64,000 nt of DNA from an uncultured Candidatus Saccharibacteria bacterium. GTDB lineage: Bacteria; Patescibacteriota; Minisyncoccia; Phycocordibacterales; Phycocordibacteraceae. The stretch lies in contig CAZDPG010000001.1 of the NCBI GenBank assembly GCA_964507275.1, forward strand, positions 188,061-252,060, given 5' to 3'. Position numbers and translations under genes: made by a program. This document shows, piece after piece, positions 7,675 through 17,793 of this stretch. The notes beneath the pieces were generated by a model. It was not told the origin of the DNA and ran no database searches. It worked only from the letters and a program-made list of their open reading frames with translations. Within the stretch, counting starts at the first letter, position 1. The number at the start of each line of letters is the position of its first letter.

Positions 7675-8787
7675 ATGTTCCACGAAGAATCCATCGAGCG
7701 CTCTCATATCACTGCTGAGGCAGCGGCCGCAGAAGCTGTCCAGATAGCCGGGGAGGGGAACTACGCCACTATCATTGAGACGCTACGCGAACGAAATCTG
7801 CTTGAAAAAGAAAAGAGTCGCGTGGAACGCGAATATGAGCTCCATGAGATTCCATTTCTGACTGAGCGCGATCGGGAGATGTTTACCGTGCTCGACCTCT
7901 ACGACCCGTCGACCGCGCATCACTGCCTCGAGACGTATCGGATCGCGCGCGGGAAGATAGAGAAAGAAATCATGCCGGGCGTATCATTCGCACGCTTGCT
8001 CGAAAAGCATGAAGAGGTGACGACGGACCAGTTCTACCGCGCCTGCCTGTTCCACGACATCGGCAAGGTGGAAGTACCACGGGCCGTGATTCGCCATCGG
8101 ATGGATGAGGGGCACATGCTCGAATGCATGCACCATGTCTTCCATATGCTGTATCACGACGGCAAGATTCCCGCATGGCTTGACCTCAAAGAAGACGCTA
8201 CCGATCTTGAGATAGATGAGGCGTTTACCAAACAGCACTCGCTTCGTTGCATCCATCTGGTCGCCGCGCGCGAACTGCTCTCCCCAGAGGAACTCTCCGA
8301 AGTCGAGCGCTTCGGCTATACGGGGGATGAGACACTCATGGATATCATCAAGACGCACGAAATGCGCTCAGGCAAAATCCTTGAGAGTGCTGGGTACCCG
8401 ATCGAGTCGCGGCTGGCCTCGCTGCATCACAACTATGGAAAGAAGACGCCGGAGCACCCAATTGCGGTCAGCGTGCTCCACATGAGCGTCGATCTCGCGG
8501 ACATGCTCCATATCGCTGATATCGTACAGGCGCTTTCAGCAGAGCGCTCCTATAAGAAAGCGTTCAGCATACCGAAAGCTATGCACATCATCGCAGAGCA
8601 CGCGCAGGAGGGAAGAATCTCGCTGCTTGCCGCGTATCTCTGGCTCGTCGATGAACTGCGGGTCTATGAAGCCGCACCCAAGGAAGCGCTCGCAGAAGGG
8701 CAGCGGGATCAGGATGCTCCGCATCTCTCGGCCGTCCAGGCGTTCGTCGCGGAAGCAGCGGAGCGTCTCGGGACGCTATCAATATAA
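7675..8787 (+). CDS. HD-domain phosphohydrolase
   Basis: H...HD metal-binding motifs: HHCLETYRIA, ACLFHDIGKVEVP and HHVFHMLYHDGK. Confidence 0.65.
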   Translation: MFHEESIERSHITAEAAAAEAVQIAGEGNYATIIETLRERNLLEKEKSRVEREYELHEIPFLTERDREMFTVLDLYDPSTAHHCLETYRIARGKIEKEIMPGVSFARLLEKHEEVTTDQFYRACLFHDIGKVEVPRAVIRHRMDEGHMLECMHHVFHMLYHDGKIPAWLDLKEDATDLEIDEAFTKQHSLRCIHLVAARELLSPEELSEVERFGYTGDETLMDIIKTHEMRSGKILESAGYPIESRLASLHHNYGKKTPEHPIAVSVLHMSVDLADMLHIADIVQALSAERSYKKAFSIPKAMHIIAEHAQEGRISLLAAYLWLVDELRVYEAAPKEALAEGQRDQDAPHLSAVQAFVAEAAERLGTLSI

Positions 8788-8789
8788 TC

Positions 8790-9029
8790 ATGCTCACACT
8801 CTACGTACGTACCGGATGCCCCTTCTGTCACAAAGTGCTCGATACTGTGGCGGAGCTTGATGTCGATGTTGAACAGAAGAATATCGCTGATCAGTCAATT
8901 GCCGACGAACTCGTCGCTCTCGGCGGGAAGCGGCAGGTACCGTACCTGGTCGACTCCGATCGCGGTGTCGCGCTTTATGAGTCGATGGATATCGACTCCT
9001 ACCTGCGCTCGCAGTACCCGAAACACTGA
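8790..9029 (+). CDS. Glutaredoxin-like protein (CPFC active site)
   Basis: 79 aa. YVRTGCPFCHKV redox motif and ...VPYLV... thioredoxin-fold pattern. Confidence 0.65.
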   Translation: MLTLYVRTGCPFCHKVLDTVAELDVDVEQKNIADQSIADELVALGGKRQVPYLVDSDRGVALYESMDIDSYLRSQYPKH

Positions 9030-9247
9030 TGTATATCAAAGTATTTGTGACGCCCGGCGCGAAGAAAGAAAAAGTTGAGGAGAAGGGTGAGACGCTCATG
9101 ATCTCGGTACGTGAGCCGGCTATGGGGAATCGAGCAAATGACCGGGTTCGTGAACTCGTTGCAATGCGAGAAGGGAAGCCACTGGGCTCGGTGCGCATCC
9201 TGACAGGACACCGTTCTCGCGCTAAAATGGTAAGTATTAGCAGCTAG
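9029..9247 (+). CDS. DUF167 / YggU-family protein
   Basis: 72 aa. ...VTPGAKKEKV...ISVREPAMGNRANDRVRELVA... pattern of UPF0235/DUF167. Confidence 0.55.
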   Translation: MYIKVFVTPGAKKEKVEEKGETLMISVREPAMGNRANDRVRELVAMREGKPLGSVRILTGHRSRAKMVSISS

Positions 9248-9258
9248 CGTCCCCCGCT

Positions 9259-9621
9259 ATGAACATCACTATCAAGGCAACAAAGTATCAGCTCTCGCCT
9301 GCGACTGAAGCGCTTATCGAAGAGAAGCTCGTCGCGCCACTTAGGTTACTGGGGAAGAAAAGCGATCACGCATTGCTTGAGATAGAGATAGAAGAAGCAC
9401 CGCCCGAAGGTCGCTCGTCAGAACCGTGCCGTCTCGTCGCTCGTCTCGTCGTCGATGGCGATGTCTATCATGCTGAAGCCGTGAAGCCGACGCCGGAGAG
9501 TGCCGCCGATAGAGTGCGGAGCGAACTTGAGGCAGAGATACGCCACTCACGTGGTCGTGCTCGAAGCCTCTGGAAGAGAGGTGGTGCTGCGATTAAGCAG
9601 ATGCTCCGTTTCGGAAACTAG
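9259..9621 (+). CDS. hpf: Ribosome hibernation promoting factor / RaiA family
   Basis: MNITIKATKYQLSPATEALIEEKL... N-terminus typical of HPF/YfiA (MxIxxxgxxxxxtxalxxyv). Confidence 0.7.
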   Translation: MNITIKATKYQLSPATEALIEEKLVAPLRLLGKKSDHALLEIEIEEAPPEGRSSEPCRLVARLVVDGDVYHAEAVKPTPESAADRVRSELEAEIRHSRGRARSLWKRGGAAIKQMLRFGN

Positions 9622-10454
9622 CTTCTTGCGAAGTCAGCAAAGCTTATTTCGCGTTTGCCCTCAGGGATGACGCGAAGGATGCGGAATATGCCGCCAGCAT
9701 ATTCGGCGCTCGTGATTTTTATGCGCTTCCCATCTTTGAAGAAATACGTGCCGATAGAGTCGGCGTAGGCGCGGTATTTATTCCAATTCTCTGTACCTGC
9801 CGCGCTAAGATCGAGTAGCCCGTCTTCCTTCTTTATCTTGTACGCGCGTGTTGCGGCAGAGGCGTCTTGCGCCATGGGCGTGATGTCTCCACATACATAC
9901 TTCGGGAGTACCTCAATGAGAAGACGTGCGCCCATCGTGATGAGTCGCGGGCGAAGCTCTTGCGCGGTCTCGGTTGCGCCGACCAGTGTCGCTTCTTGCG
10001 CAAGGATGTCGCCCGCATCCATCTCTTTCACCATCTTCTGGATGGTGACGCCAGTTTCCGACTCTCCGCTGAGGAGTGCTGTCTCAAGTGGTGTTGCGCC
10101 GCGATACTTCGGCAAGAGCGAGTAGTGCACGTTCAGGACGCCTTTAGGGAATGCTTGAATGAGGTCTTCAGGAAATATCTTGCCGTACGCGACGACAAGC
10201 GCATAGTCGCATGCGTATCCTTGTATCGTGGCGAGCGTATCGGCATCAAGCTTCTCCGGCGTGAGCACGGGGATATTGTGCGCGAGCGCGAGTGATTTCG
10301 TAGGGGACGGTGTGAGTACGAGACCGCGCCCCTTGGGAGCATCGGGAGAAGTTATGACAAGCGAAGGAGCGAATCCGCTCTCAATAAGAGTCGCAAGAGT
10401 GTCGCTCGCAACAGTCGGTGTGCCGAAGTAGGCGAAGCTAGAGGACATGTTCAT
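9618..10454 (-). CDS. fmt: Methionyl-tRNA formyltransferase
   Basis: HYSLLPKYRGATP formyltransferase motif. Immediately downstream of def, overlapping its end. Confidence 0.85.
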   Translation of the reverse strand: MNMSSSFAYFGTPTVASDTLATLIESGFAPSLVITSPDAPKGRGLVLTPSPTKSLALAHNIPVLTPEKLDADTLATIQGYACDYALVVAYGKIFPEDLIQAFPKGVLNVHYSLLPKYRGATPLETALLSGESETGVTIQKMVKEMDAGDILAQEATLVGATETAQELRPRLITMGARLLIEVLPKYVCGDITPMAQDASAATRAYKIKKEDGLLDLSAAGTENWNKYRAYADSIGTYFFKDGKRIKITSAEYAGGIFRILRVIPEGKREISFADFARS

Positions 10455-10971
10455 GAGGAATCTTTATGAGGTGCTCGGCGTGGTCGATGAAAAGGATACC
10501 GTTCAAATGGTCGATCTCGTGCTCGAATATCTGAGCCATGAGTCCACCGCCACTTCTTTCGAAACGAGAGCCATTCTCGCTGCGCGCGCGGATAGTCACA
10601 CGCTCGTGACGCTTCGCCGTACCATAGACGCCATGGACGGAGAGACATCCTTCTTCCATCTTTGCCCGACGACGGCTCGTCTTTTCGATCTCGGGATTGA
10701 TGAATACTTCGTGTTCCGGTGGAAGCGGTTCGTGCGTGACGCCTTCTTCCATGGGCGGCGGTGGAATCGTCCGGTCCTTGCGCACGACGAAGATACGATA
10801 GGGGACGGCTATCTGGGGAGCAGCGATAGCGACCCCCTCTAGGTGGGGGTCGAGCGCGTCTTTCATGTCGGCGATAATGCCTGCGAGCTTAGGCGTCCCG
10901 AACATGTCTTCCGGTACCGGCACTGCTATTTCGCGCAGCACTGCCGCGCCGTCTTGCACGATTTCTTTCAT
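10438..10971 (-). CDS. def: Peptide deformylase
   Basis: Motifs GVAIAAPQI, EGCLSV and HEIDHLNG (the three PDF signature motifs). Confidence 0.85.
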   Translation of the reverse strand: MKEIVQDGAAVLREIAVPVPEDMFGTPKLAGIIADMKDALDPHLEGVAIAAPQIAVPYRIFVVRKDRTIPPPPMEEGVTHEPLPPEHEVFINPEIEKTSRRRAKMEEGCLSVHGVYGTAKRHERVTIRARSENGSRFERSGGGLMAQIFEHEIDHLNGILFIDHAEHLIKIPHEHVL

Positions 10972-10992
10972 GTTCCGTAATATAGCAGAAAA

Positions 10993-11286
10993 CTAGCGCG
11001 GTGGGTGCTTGGCCGGGTCGAGCTCCCACCAGAAGGTCTTGCTGAAATTCTTCGCCTGACTACACACGCTTTTCAGATAGTAGAGGTCCGCAGTGGGAAT
11101 CTGCTCGAGCACGACGCCCAGATGCGCCATGGTCATGGGCGCGAGGCCGTCGTTTGCGCGGGCATGGTTCAGATGCCGGAGGAAGAAGCGCATCATTTCG
11201 CCACGTTCGGTGAGACGTTTCTTACCCTTCGGTGCAGCAGCCGCTTTCTTCTCGAACTCGGGCATCATCTCACCGATGGATTTCAT
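10993..11286 (-). CDS. Hypothetical 97-aa protein between murA and def
   Basis: ORF in the murA-?-def-fmt strand. Its start overlaps the murA stop. No motif recognised. Confidence 0.35.
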   Translation of the reverse strand: MKSIGEMMPEFEKKAAAAPKGKKRLTERGEMMRFFLRHLNHARANDGLAPMTMAHLGVVLEQIPTADLYYLKSVCSQAKNFSKTFWWELDPAKHPPR

Positions 11287-12587
11287 GTTGATTCGATATG
11301 TGCACCGAGGGCTTGGAGTCGCTGCACGATGTCTTCGTACCCGCGGTTGATTGAGTAGACATTGCGGAGCGTCGAGTGACCCTTCGCTCCAAGCATCGCG
11401 ACGAGGATGATGGTTGCAGGACGGAGCGCCGGCGGGCAGATGACTTCGGCAGCTTTGAGCCGCGTCGGGCCCTCGATACTGATGCGATGCGGGTCGAAAA
11501 GGCTCGTCGAGGCACCCAGGCGGTCGAGCTCGGTGTAGTAGATGGCTCGCTTCTCGTAGACCCAGTCATGGATGAGCGTCATACCCTTGGCTTGTGTGGC
11601 TATGACGGCGAAGAAAGGGAGGTTATCGATGTTGAGACCCGGGTAGGGGCGCGCGTGGATCTTTTCCGGGAAGGCGATAAGCTCGGATGGCTTGATAGAG
11701 ATATCAGCGAGCTTCGTGATGCCGTTTTCGGAGACGCGCTTATTTGAAAGAGAGAAGATGAGCCCCATCTTCTCGAGAATGAGAAGCTCGACTTCGAGGA
11801 ACTCGATAGGTGCGGCAACGACAGTGACGGCAGAGTTGGTCACGATTGCGGATGCGATGAAGAACATTGCATCGGTCGGATCCTCGGCCACCGTGTACGA
11901 AACATCAGTATTGATATCCTCGATGCCATGTATGGTGAGCGTCGTTGAACCGATACCTTCGATACCGACCCCGAGCTTCCTCAGGAATCCGCATACTTCC
12001 TGCACCTGATAGTTCGCAGACGCGTACTTGATGACGGAGGTGCCGGGGATGCGCGCGGCCGCGAAGAGAGCATTGATCGTCGCCGTGTCGCTTGATTCAT
12101 AGAGGACTACCTCAGCCGGAGCGAGCTTCGTGTGGGTGATGCGGTACGTATCGGAATGGGCTTCGATCGCGATGCCGAATTTCTCAAGTGCCATGAGGTG
12201 CGGGCGAGCGCTTCGCAGACCGAGCGTGCAGCCGCCCGACTGCGGAAGTTCGAAATCATCGAACGAATGGACGAGAGAGCCGATGAACATGAGGATGCTA
12301 CGCGTCCGCATCGCCGCCGCGCGGTCGATGGTATCGAGCGTTATCTTCTGCGGCGGGGTGATGATGACATCTGTCCCGTGCCACTCCACAGAGACGCCGA
12401 GCGAGCGAAGCACCTCGATGAGGCGGTTCACTTCCTCTATCTTGGGCACGTGCTCGAGCGTCGTCTTCCCGCGGTTCAGGAGGGAAGCGGCCAGGAGCGC
12501 GACGGCGCCGTTTTTCGACCGACTAGTCTCCACGCTCCCTGAAAGCGGCGTACCGCCGTCGATGACGAAGTTCATTTCTCCTTGCAT
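11283..12587 (-). CDS. murA: UDP-N-acetylglucosamine 1-carboxyvinyltransferase
   Basis: MNFVIDGGTPLSGSVETSRSKNGAV aligns with the MurA N-terminus ([23 protein letters not shown]). The ...LRSARPH... region is present. The track ORF extends to 12845, but that 5' extension has no homology. The start is M87 (12587) or M91 (12575). Confidence 0.8.
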   Translation of the reverse strand: MQGEMNFVIDGGTPLSGSVETSRSKNGAVALLAASLLNRGKTTLEHVPKIEEVNRLIEVLRSLGVSVEWHGTDVIITPPQKITLDTIDRAAAMRTRSILMFIGSLVHSFDDFELPQSGGCTLGLRSARPHLMALEKFGIAIEAHSDTYRITHTKLAPAEVVLYESSDTATINALFAAARIPGTSVIKYASANYQVQEVCGFLRKLGVGIEGIGSTTLTIHGIEDINTDVSYTVAEDPTDAMFFIASAIVTNSAVTVVAAPIEFLEVELLILEKMGLIFSLSNKRVSENGITKLADISIKPSELIAFPEKIHARPYPGLNIDNLPFFAVIATQAKGMTLIHDWVYEKRAIYYTELDRLGASTSLFDPHRISIEGPTRLKAAEVICPPALRPATIILVAMLGAKGHSTLRNVYSINRGYEDIVQRLQALGAHIEST

Positions 12588-12612
12588 GGGAGGTAGTGTA
12601 CCATTACGACAA

Positions 12613-13641
12613 ATGTCATTCTTTTCCCCCAAACTCGGCATTGACCTCGGGACGACAAATGTTCTCGTTTTCGTGCCGAATAAGGGCGTCGTCATCAACG
12701 AACCGTCGGTCGTCGCGGTCTCCAAAGAGCGTGGGAAGTTCGGAGGCAAGAACAAGATTCTCGCCATTGGCATCGAAGCGAAGAAGATGATCGGCCGCAC
12801 GCCGGACGACATCATTGCGTATCGTCCGATGAAGGATGGAGTCATCGCCGACTATCGTGTGACGGAAGCGATGCTCCGGTATTTCATGCGCAAAGCATTG
12901 GGATGGAACCCTTTCCGTCCGACCGTGCTCGTCTCCGTCCCGGCGGGCGTGACGAGCACAGAGAAGCGCGCGGTCATCGAAGCGGCGATGAAAGCCGGCG
13001 CGAAGAATGCGTATGTGGTGAAAGAGCCGATTCTTGCGGCTATCGGCGCGGGCATTCCCATTCATGAGCCGATGGGGCGCATGGTCGCAGATATCGGTGG
13101 TGGCACGATCGACGTCGCCGTAATCTCTCTTGGCGGCATCGTCGCATCGACATCGGTGAAGTGTGCGGGGAATCGTCTCGACCGCGCCATAGCGGATCAT
13201 ATAAAGAGGCATCACAACCTTGCCATCGGCGACAAGACCGCCGAGGACGTGAAGATTCGCGTCGGTGCAGCCGTGCCCATGAACGAAGAGCTCACCATGG
13301 CGGTGAAGGGGAGTGATCTCATGAGCGGCCTGCCACGTACCGTCGACATCTCGACGAATGACATCGTGCAGGCGATGTCACGTGAACTTCGCGAAATGAC
13401 GCAGGCGATACGTAAGGTGCTCCAGGATACGCCGCCCGAGCTTGCTGCCGACATCATCGACAATGGCATTATCCTCACGGGCGGCTCGTCGCAGTTGCGC
13501 CAGATGCCCGAACTCGTGTATCGCCGGACAGGCGTGATGGCGAAGCTCGCGAGCGATCCCTATTACTGTGTCGCGCGCGGTACGGGCATTGCGCTCAAGC
13601 ATTTGGGTACGTATCAGAAAAGTATCTTAGCGAAGCAATGA
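12613..13641 (+). CDS. mreB: Rod-shape-determining actin homolog MreB (paralog 1)
   Basis: MSFFSPKLGIDLGTTNVLVFV..., DIGGGTIDVAVISLGGIV and ILTGGSS actin-fold motifs. The track ORF's 12130-12612 extension is antisense to murA and rejected. Confidence 0.85.
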   Translation: MSFFSPKLGIDLGTTNVLVFVPNKGVVINEPSVVAVSKERGKFGGKNKILAIGIEAKKMIGRTPDDIIAYRPMKDGVIADYRVTEAMLRYFMRKALGWNPFRPTVLVSVPAGVTSTEKRAVIEAAMKAGAKNAYVVKEPILAAIGAGIPIHEPMGRMVADIGGGTIDVAVISLGGIVASTSVKCAGNRLDRAIADHIKRHHNLAIGDKTAEDVKIRVGAAVPMNEELTMAVKGSDLMSGLPRTVDISTNDIVQAMSRELREMTQAIRKVLQDTPPELAADIIDNGIILTGGSSQLRQMPELVYRRTGVMAKLASDPYYCVARGTGIALKHLGTYQKSILAKQ

Positions 13642-14315
13642 GACACCACGCGTTTGTCATCGAGGCGGAGACAGAAGAGGGAATCGGCATCGCGAGCGCG
13701 TGGGCAGAAAGGGAATTGAGGATGAAGGTAGAGAACAATCCCGATGTCGTCGTGCTACGCTACGGACTCTTCTCGGTGGCGGATGCTCGTCGCGCAACCG
13801 AGCTTGCTACTGGCGTAGCATTCCGGGGCGAGCATAAGGTCGTCATCATTGCGGCCTCGCGCGCGTATCACGAGGCGCAGAATGCGCTCTTGAAAGTCTT
13901 CGAAGAGCCGCCGGCAGGGACGTACCTCTTCCTCATCCTGCCGAGCCTGGGCGGACTCCTTCCGACGCTCCGCTCCCGCGTCCAAGTTCTCGATGCGGGT
14001 CGAGGAATCGCGAAGCCTGCAATCTCCGCGATTGCAGAAGAATTTTTAAAAGCGACCAAAGAGAAGCGGAGCGCACTCATCAAGAAACTCACGAGCGGGA
14101 AGGATGACGAGGATCGGCGCGAGAACCGCGACCTCGCTCTCGCAATCGTGAATGGTATTGAAGCGACCGCATACGAGAATCTCAAGCGTGGCGGTCCGAC
14201 TGCGGCGCTTCTGTCGGACATCGCCGCTCTGCGTTCGCATCTCTATGACCGCAGTGCGCCGGTGAAGATGATCCTCGAGCACCTTTCGCTCGTCACACCG
14301 AAAGATTTGGTATAA
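13638..14315 (+). CDS. holB: DNA polymerase III delta-prime subunit
   Basis: LKVFEEPP and LPTLRSRVQV motifs. Start overlaps the mreB stop (ATGA). Confidence 0.7.
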   Translation: MRHHAFVIEAETEEGIGIASAWAERELRMKVENNPDVVVLRYGLFSVADARRATELATGVAFRGEHKVVIIAASRAYHEAQNALLKVFEEPPAGTYLFLILPSLGGLLPTLRSRVQVLDAGRGIAKPAISAIAEEFLKATKEKRSALIKKLTSGKDDEDRRENRDLALAIVNGIEATAYENLKRGGPTAALLSDIAALRSHLYDRSAPVKMILEHLSLVTPKDLV

Positions 14316-14324
14316 TCAGCGCAT

Positions 14325-14876
14325 ATGGCATACGACTTTTCAAAACTGAAGGCAGATATCAAAGAGACCGAGGAGTGGCTCGCGCGTGAACTCTCAGGTG
14401 TTCGTACTGGCCGGGCGACACCGACTTTGCTCGACGGTGTGAAGCCCGAAGCCTACGGTACCCGCACGCCGATCAAAGAGCTTGCAAACATCTCAGTCGA
14501 AGACGCGCGCACAATCCGCATCACCCCGTGGGACAAGGAACTCCTGAAGGCGATTGAAAAAGGAATTACCGACGCCGATCTCGGCATCAGCGTTTCGACT
14601 GATGATCAGGGACTGCGCATCGCGTTCCCTGAACTCACTGGTGAGCGCCGCGTACAACTGAACAAGATTGCAAGCGAGAAGACCGAACAGGCGAAAGTGA
14701 CACTCCGCGGGCACCGTACCGACGCCATCAAAGCGCTCGATGCCGCAGAAAAGGAAGGAGGCATGGGCAAGGACGAGATTGCACGACTCAAGACCGAAGT
14801 GCAGAAGCTCATCGATGCTGGCAACGAAGCACTCGCAGGCCATCTCGCCAAGAAAGAGACAGAAATTTCGCTCTAA
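14325..14876 (+). CDS. frr: Ribosome recycling factor
   Basis: Full-length RRF pattern (LSGVRTGRATPTLLDGV..., ...VQLNKIASEKTEQAKVTLR...). Confidence 0.9.
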   Translation: MAYDFSKLKADIKETEEWLARELSGVRTGRATPTLLDGVKPEAYGTRTPIKELANISVEDARTIRITPWDKELLKAIEKGITDADLGISVSTDDQGLRIAFPELTGERRVQLNKIASEKTEQAKVTLRGHRTDAIKALDAAEKEGGMGKDEIARLKTEVQKLIDAGNEALAGHLAKKETEISL

Positions 14877-14885
14877 GTATTGTAG

Positions 14886-15986
14886 ATGGACATCCTCACC
14901 TTCATTGCCGTCATCGTCGCACTCATCGTGGTGCACGAGTTCGGACATTTCATAGCGGCGAAGCTCTCCGGTATGCGCGTCGACGAGTTCGGGCTCGGCT
15001 ATCCGCCGCGTGCGCTCACCATCGCCAAAGCTGGCGGGACCGAATACACACTCAACTGGCTGCCGTTCGGTGGCTTCGTGAAGATATTCGGTGAAGACGG
15101 ACTCTCTGCCGATGTTCCGAAGGATCCTCGCGCCTTTTCTTCGCGTCCGCGCATCACGCAGGCGATTGTACTTGCTGCAGGCGTCACGATGAATCTCCTC
15201 TTCGCGTATGTTCTCATCACGGGCGCACTCATCACCGGTACGCCGCGCGCGCTTTCTGAGAGTGAGGTCGCTGGAGCAGAACAGACTGCGCTCGCCGTGG
15301 CGAACGTGCTTCCCGGCTCTCCTGCGGCTCTTGCGGGCATCATCCCGGGCGATTCCATCCTCGCCGCTAAAGATGCAGAAGCAGAGTGGCGCGCTATTGA
15401 TCCGAAGAGCTTCTCCAGCTTTGTCGCGAAGAGCGGTGGAAGCGACATCGTGCTCACGGTGAAGCGGGGTGGGGAAGAGCAATCCATAACCGCGGTGCCC
15501 GTAGCGGGCATCATCACGTCTGATCCATTCCGCTATGCCCTCGGGGTTGAGGTCGCCACTATTGGCGTCGTTCCGCTCTCATTCAGCGCGGCGTTGGTCG
15601 AAGGCGCGTCACTCACGTGGGAGACTACCCGCATCACTGCGAAGGGTCTGGTGCATTTCTTCTACGGCGTCTTCACGCTCTCGGCGGATCTCTCGCAAGT
15701 GGCGGGTCCGGTCGGCATCGCAGGCGCGGTCGGCTCTGCATCGGCGCAGGGTATCGGGGATCTTCTTTCCATCATGGCAATCATCTCAATTAATCTCGCG
15801 CTCATCAATCTCATTCCCATTCCTGCGCTTGATGGCGGCCGTCTCCTTTTCGTCCTCATCGAGAGCGTCATCCGGCGTCCTATAAAACAAAGCATCACGC
15901 GAACCATGAATGCCGCGAGCTTCGTTCTACTCATCCTGCTTATGCTTGTCGTCACCGCGCACGACATATTTAAGATTGTCGGATAA
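14886..15986 (+). CDS. rseP: Site-2 protease RseP (M50 zinc metalloprotease with PDZ)
   Basis: HEFGHF (HExxH) in the first TM. LNWLPFGGFVK. C-terminal ...LDGGRLLF... motif. Follows frr as in the conserved frr-...-rseP neighbourhood. Confidence 0.8.
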   Translation: MDILTFIAVIVALIVVHEFGHFIAAKLSGMRVDEFGLGYPPRALTIAKAGGTEYTLNWLPFGGFVKIFGEDGLSADVPKDPRAFSSRPRITQAIVLAAGVTMNLLFAYVLITGALITGTPRALSESEVAGAEQTALAVANVLPGSPAALAGIIPGDSILAAKDAEAEWRAIDPKSFSSFVAKSGGSDIVLTVKRGGEEQSITAVPVAGIITSDPFRYALGVEVATIGVVPLSFSAALVEGASLTWETTRITAKGLVHFFYGVFTLSADLSQVAGPVGIAGAVGSASAQGIGDLLSIMAIISINLALINLIPIPALDGGRLLFVLIESVIRRPIKQSITRTMNAASFVLLILLMLVVTAHDIFKIVG

Positions 15987-15987
15987 A

Positions 15988-16014
15988 TGAAAAGCCGCCT
16001 TATACGGGCGGCCT
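15988..16014. terminator. GC hairpin (GCCGCC-ttatacg-GGCGGC) with an A-run on the + strand, i.e. a T-run for the - strand gene
   Basis: Lies between the rseP stop (15986) and the convergent hypothetical gene ending at 16033. Confidence 0.45.
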
Positions 16015-16032
16015 TGCGAGCAAGAGATTCGC

Positions 16033-16422
16033 TCAGGATGGCACGGCTGCTACTGGCAGGGGAGTCCGTCCGAGCATCGTCGACGTGTTCTCGACGACCG
16101 CAGCGATGAAGCTGACGGCATCGATGACCTCCTTCCAGTTCCATTCGGGTTCTCCCCAGAAGCGGAGGTTCATCGAGATAGTGCGCAGGTTGTCGTGGCA
16201 TGCGCCGAGCAGGCACCTCCACATGACCAGGTTGCTTTCGTCACGGATAACCAGCCGCGCTTCGTCATCGAGTTCCTTCAGCGCTATCCGGATGCCGCAC
16301 TCAAACTCAAGCACGGCGTGGAGGGTGTGCCTCTCTCCGATGTGAACGAGGTGAGTGGTGAGATCTGCTGCGAACTCGCGCGCCAACCGGTAGGCGTCGA
16401 CGAACGTGTTGTTCGAGAACAT
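16033..16422 (-). CDS. Hypothetical 129-aa protein
   Basis: Internal ATG at 16422 preceded by AAGGAG 8 nt upstream. The longer track ORF (to 16644) would run into the proS start region. Confidence 0.45.
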   Translation of the reverse strand: MFSNNTFVDAYRLAREFAADLTTHLVHIGERHTLHAVLEFECGIRIALKELDDEARLVIRDESNLVMWRCLLGACHDNLRTISMNLRFWGEPEWNWKEVIDAVSFIAAVVENTSTMLGRTPLPVAAVPS

Positions 16423-16545
16423 GAGGGTCTCCTTTGCGTAGTGGGGTGGGCTTTCTTCCGGCACTCTACTATCTCGCGAAGCAATGTCAATTTCCTCCCG
16501 TTGTCTCTTTTGCCGAGCGGGTAGGGTGGGCGTATACTGTGGCGC

Positions 16546-17790
16546 ATGAGACAATCCCAGCTCTTCACGAAGACCCGGCGCGAAGCTCCGTCCGACGAGG
16601 TCTCGAAAAACGCTCAACTGCTTGTACGTGCAGGCTTCGTGCATAAAGAGATGGCGGGTGTCTATTCATATCTCCCGCTCGGCCTGCGCACACTGAACAA
16701 CATCATCGGTATCATTCGCGAAGAGATGAATGCCATCGGCGGGCAAGAACTCGTCATGACCGCGCTCCAGGACAAAGATCTCTGGAGTCGCACAGACCGT
16801 TGGGATGATGACAAAGTCGATAACTGGTTCAAGACGTCGTTCAAGAGCGGTGGAGAAACTGGACTCGGCATCACGCATGAAGAGCCGCTCACGCGCATCA
16901 TGACCGAACACATCTCCTCGTATCGCGACCTCCCAGTCTATGCGTATCAATTTCAGAATAAGTTCCGTAACGAGCTCCGCGCGAAGTCGGGCATCATGCG
17001 TGGCAAGGAATTCATGATGAAGGACCTCTACTCGTTCTCGAAAGATGAGGCCGCGCACGCCTCTTTCTATGACAAAGCGAGAGCGGCCTACCTGAAGGTT
17101 TTCCAGCGTGCCGGCATCGGCGATAAGACGTATGTCACGTTCGCGTCTGGTGGGATATTCAGTGAATTCTCAGAGGAGTTTCAGACGGTCTCTGATGCGG
17201 GAGAAGACATCATTTATATAGATGAAGAGAAGCGCCTCGCCGTCAACAAAGAGGTCCTTACGGACGAGACGCTTGCGAAGCTCGGCATGGACCGTGCGAA
17301 GCTCGTCGAGAAGAAAGCCATCGAGGCCGGGAATATTTTCAATCTCGGTACGCGGTTCTCAGAGCCGCTCGGCCTCTCCTACACCGATGAGACTGGAGCA
17401 AAGAAGCCGGTCGTCATGGGAAGCTATGGCATCGGCCCCACTAGGCTCATGGGAATCATCGTCGAGACGCTCGCTGATGAGAAGGGGCTTGTTTGGCCGG
17501 AGGAAGTTGCCCCATTCTCGTATCATCTCGTGTCACTCGGGCACGATGGCGACGACGTCTCGAAAGTGGCTGACGCGCTCTACTCTGACCTGACCGCTGC
17601 AGGCATCGGGGTGCTCTATGATGATCGCAATCTGCGTGCTGGCGAGAAGTTCGCCGAGAGCGACCTCTTGGGTATGCCGCAGCGAATCGTGGTCGGCAAG
17701 GATGCTGTGGCGACGGGCGAGTTCGAAGTAGTCGTTCGTGCGACCGGACAGATGACGAAGAAGACCCGCGAAGACCTCCTCGCCCGTTAG
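16546..17790 (+). CDS. proS: Prolyl-tRNA synthetase (short form lacking the editing insertion)
   Basis: Class II motifs ...FRNELRAKSGIMRGKEFMMKDLYSF... and a C-terminal anticodon-binding domain. 414 aa. Confidence 0.85.
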   Translation: MRQSQLFTKTRREAPSDEVSKNAQLLVRAGFVHKEMAGVYSYLPLGLRTLNNIIGIIREEMNAIGGQELVMTALQDKDLWSRTDRWDDDKVDNWFKTSFKSGGETGLGITHEEPLTRIMTEHISSYRDLPVYAYQFQNKFRNELRAKSGIMRGKEFMMKDLYSFSKDEAAHASFYDKARAAYLKVFQRAGIGDKTYVTFASGGIFSEFSEEFQTVSDAGEDIIYIDEEKRLAVNKEVLTDETLAKLGMDRAKLVEKKAIEAGNIFNLGTRFSEPLGLSYTDETGAKKPVVMGSYGIGPTRLMGIIVETLADEKGLVWPEEVAPFSYHLVSLGHDGDDVSKVADALYSDLTAAGIGVLYDDRNLRAGEKFAESDLLGMPQRIVVGKDAVATGEFEVVVRATGQMTKKTREDLLAR

Positions 17791-17793
17791 AAT

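Noticed and set aside
12130-12612. N-terminal 161-aa extension of the mreB ORF in the track (MWVMRYVSEW...)
   Set aside because: It lies antisense to and fully overlaps murA. It has no homology. MreB homology begins exactly at MSFFSPKLGIDLG (12613). It is a GC-rich open frame artefact.
12616-13215. 199-aa minus-strand ORF antisense to mreB. Similar long antisense ORFs lie at 14493-15482, 18454-19554, 27571-28602, 35071-35823, 41342-42202, 54134-54928 and 30676-31383
   Set aside because: All are embedded in the opposite strand or other frames of well-supported conserved genes. They are Arg/Ser/Ala-rich as expected for high-GC non-coding frames, and have no motifs.
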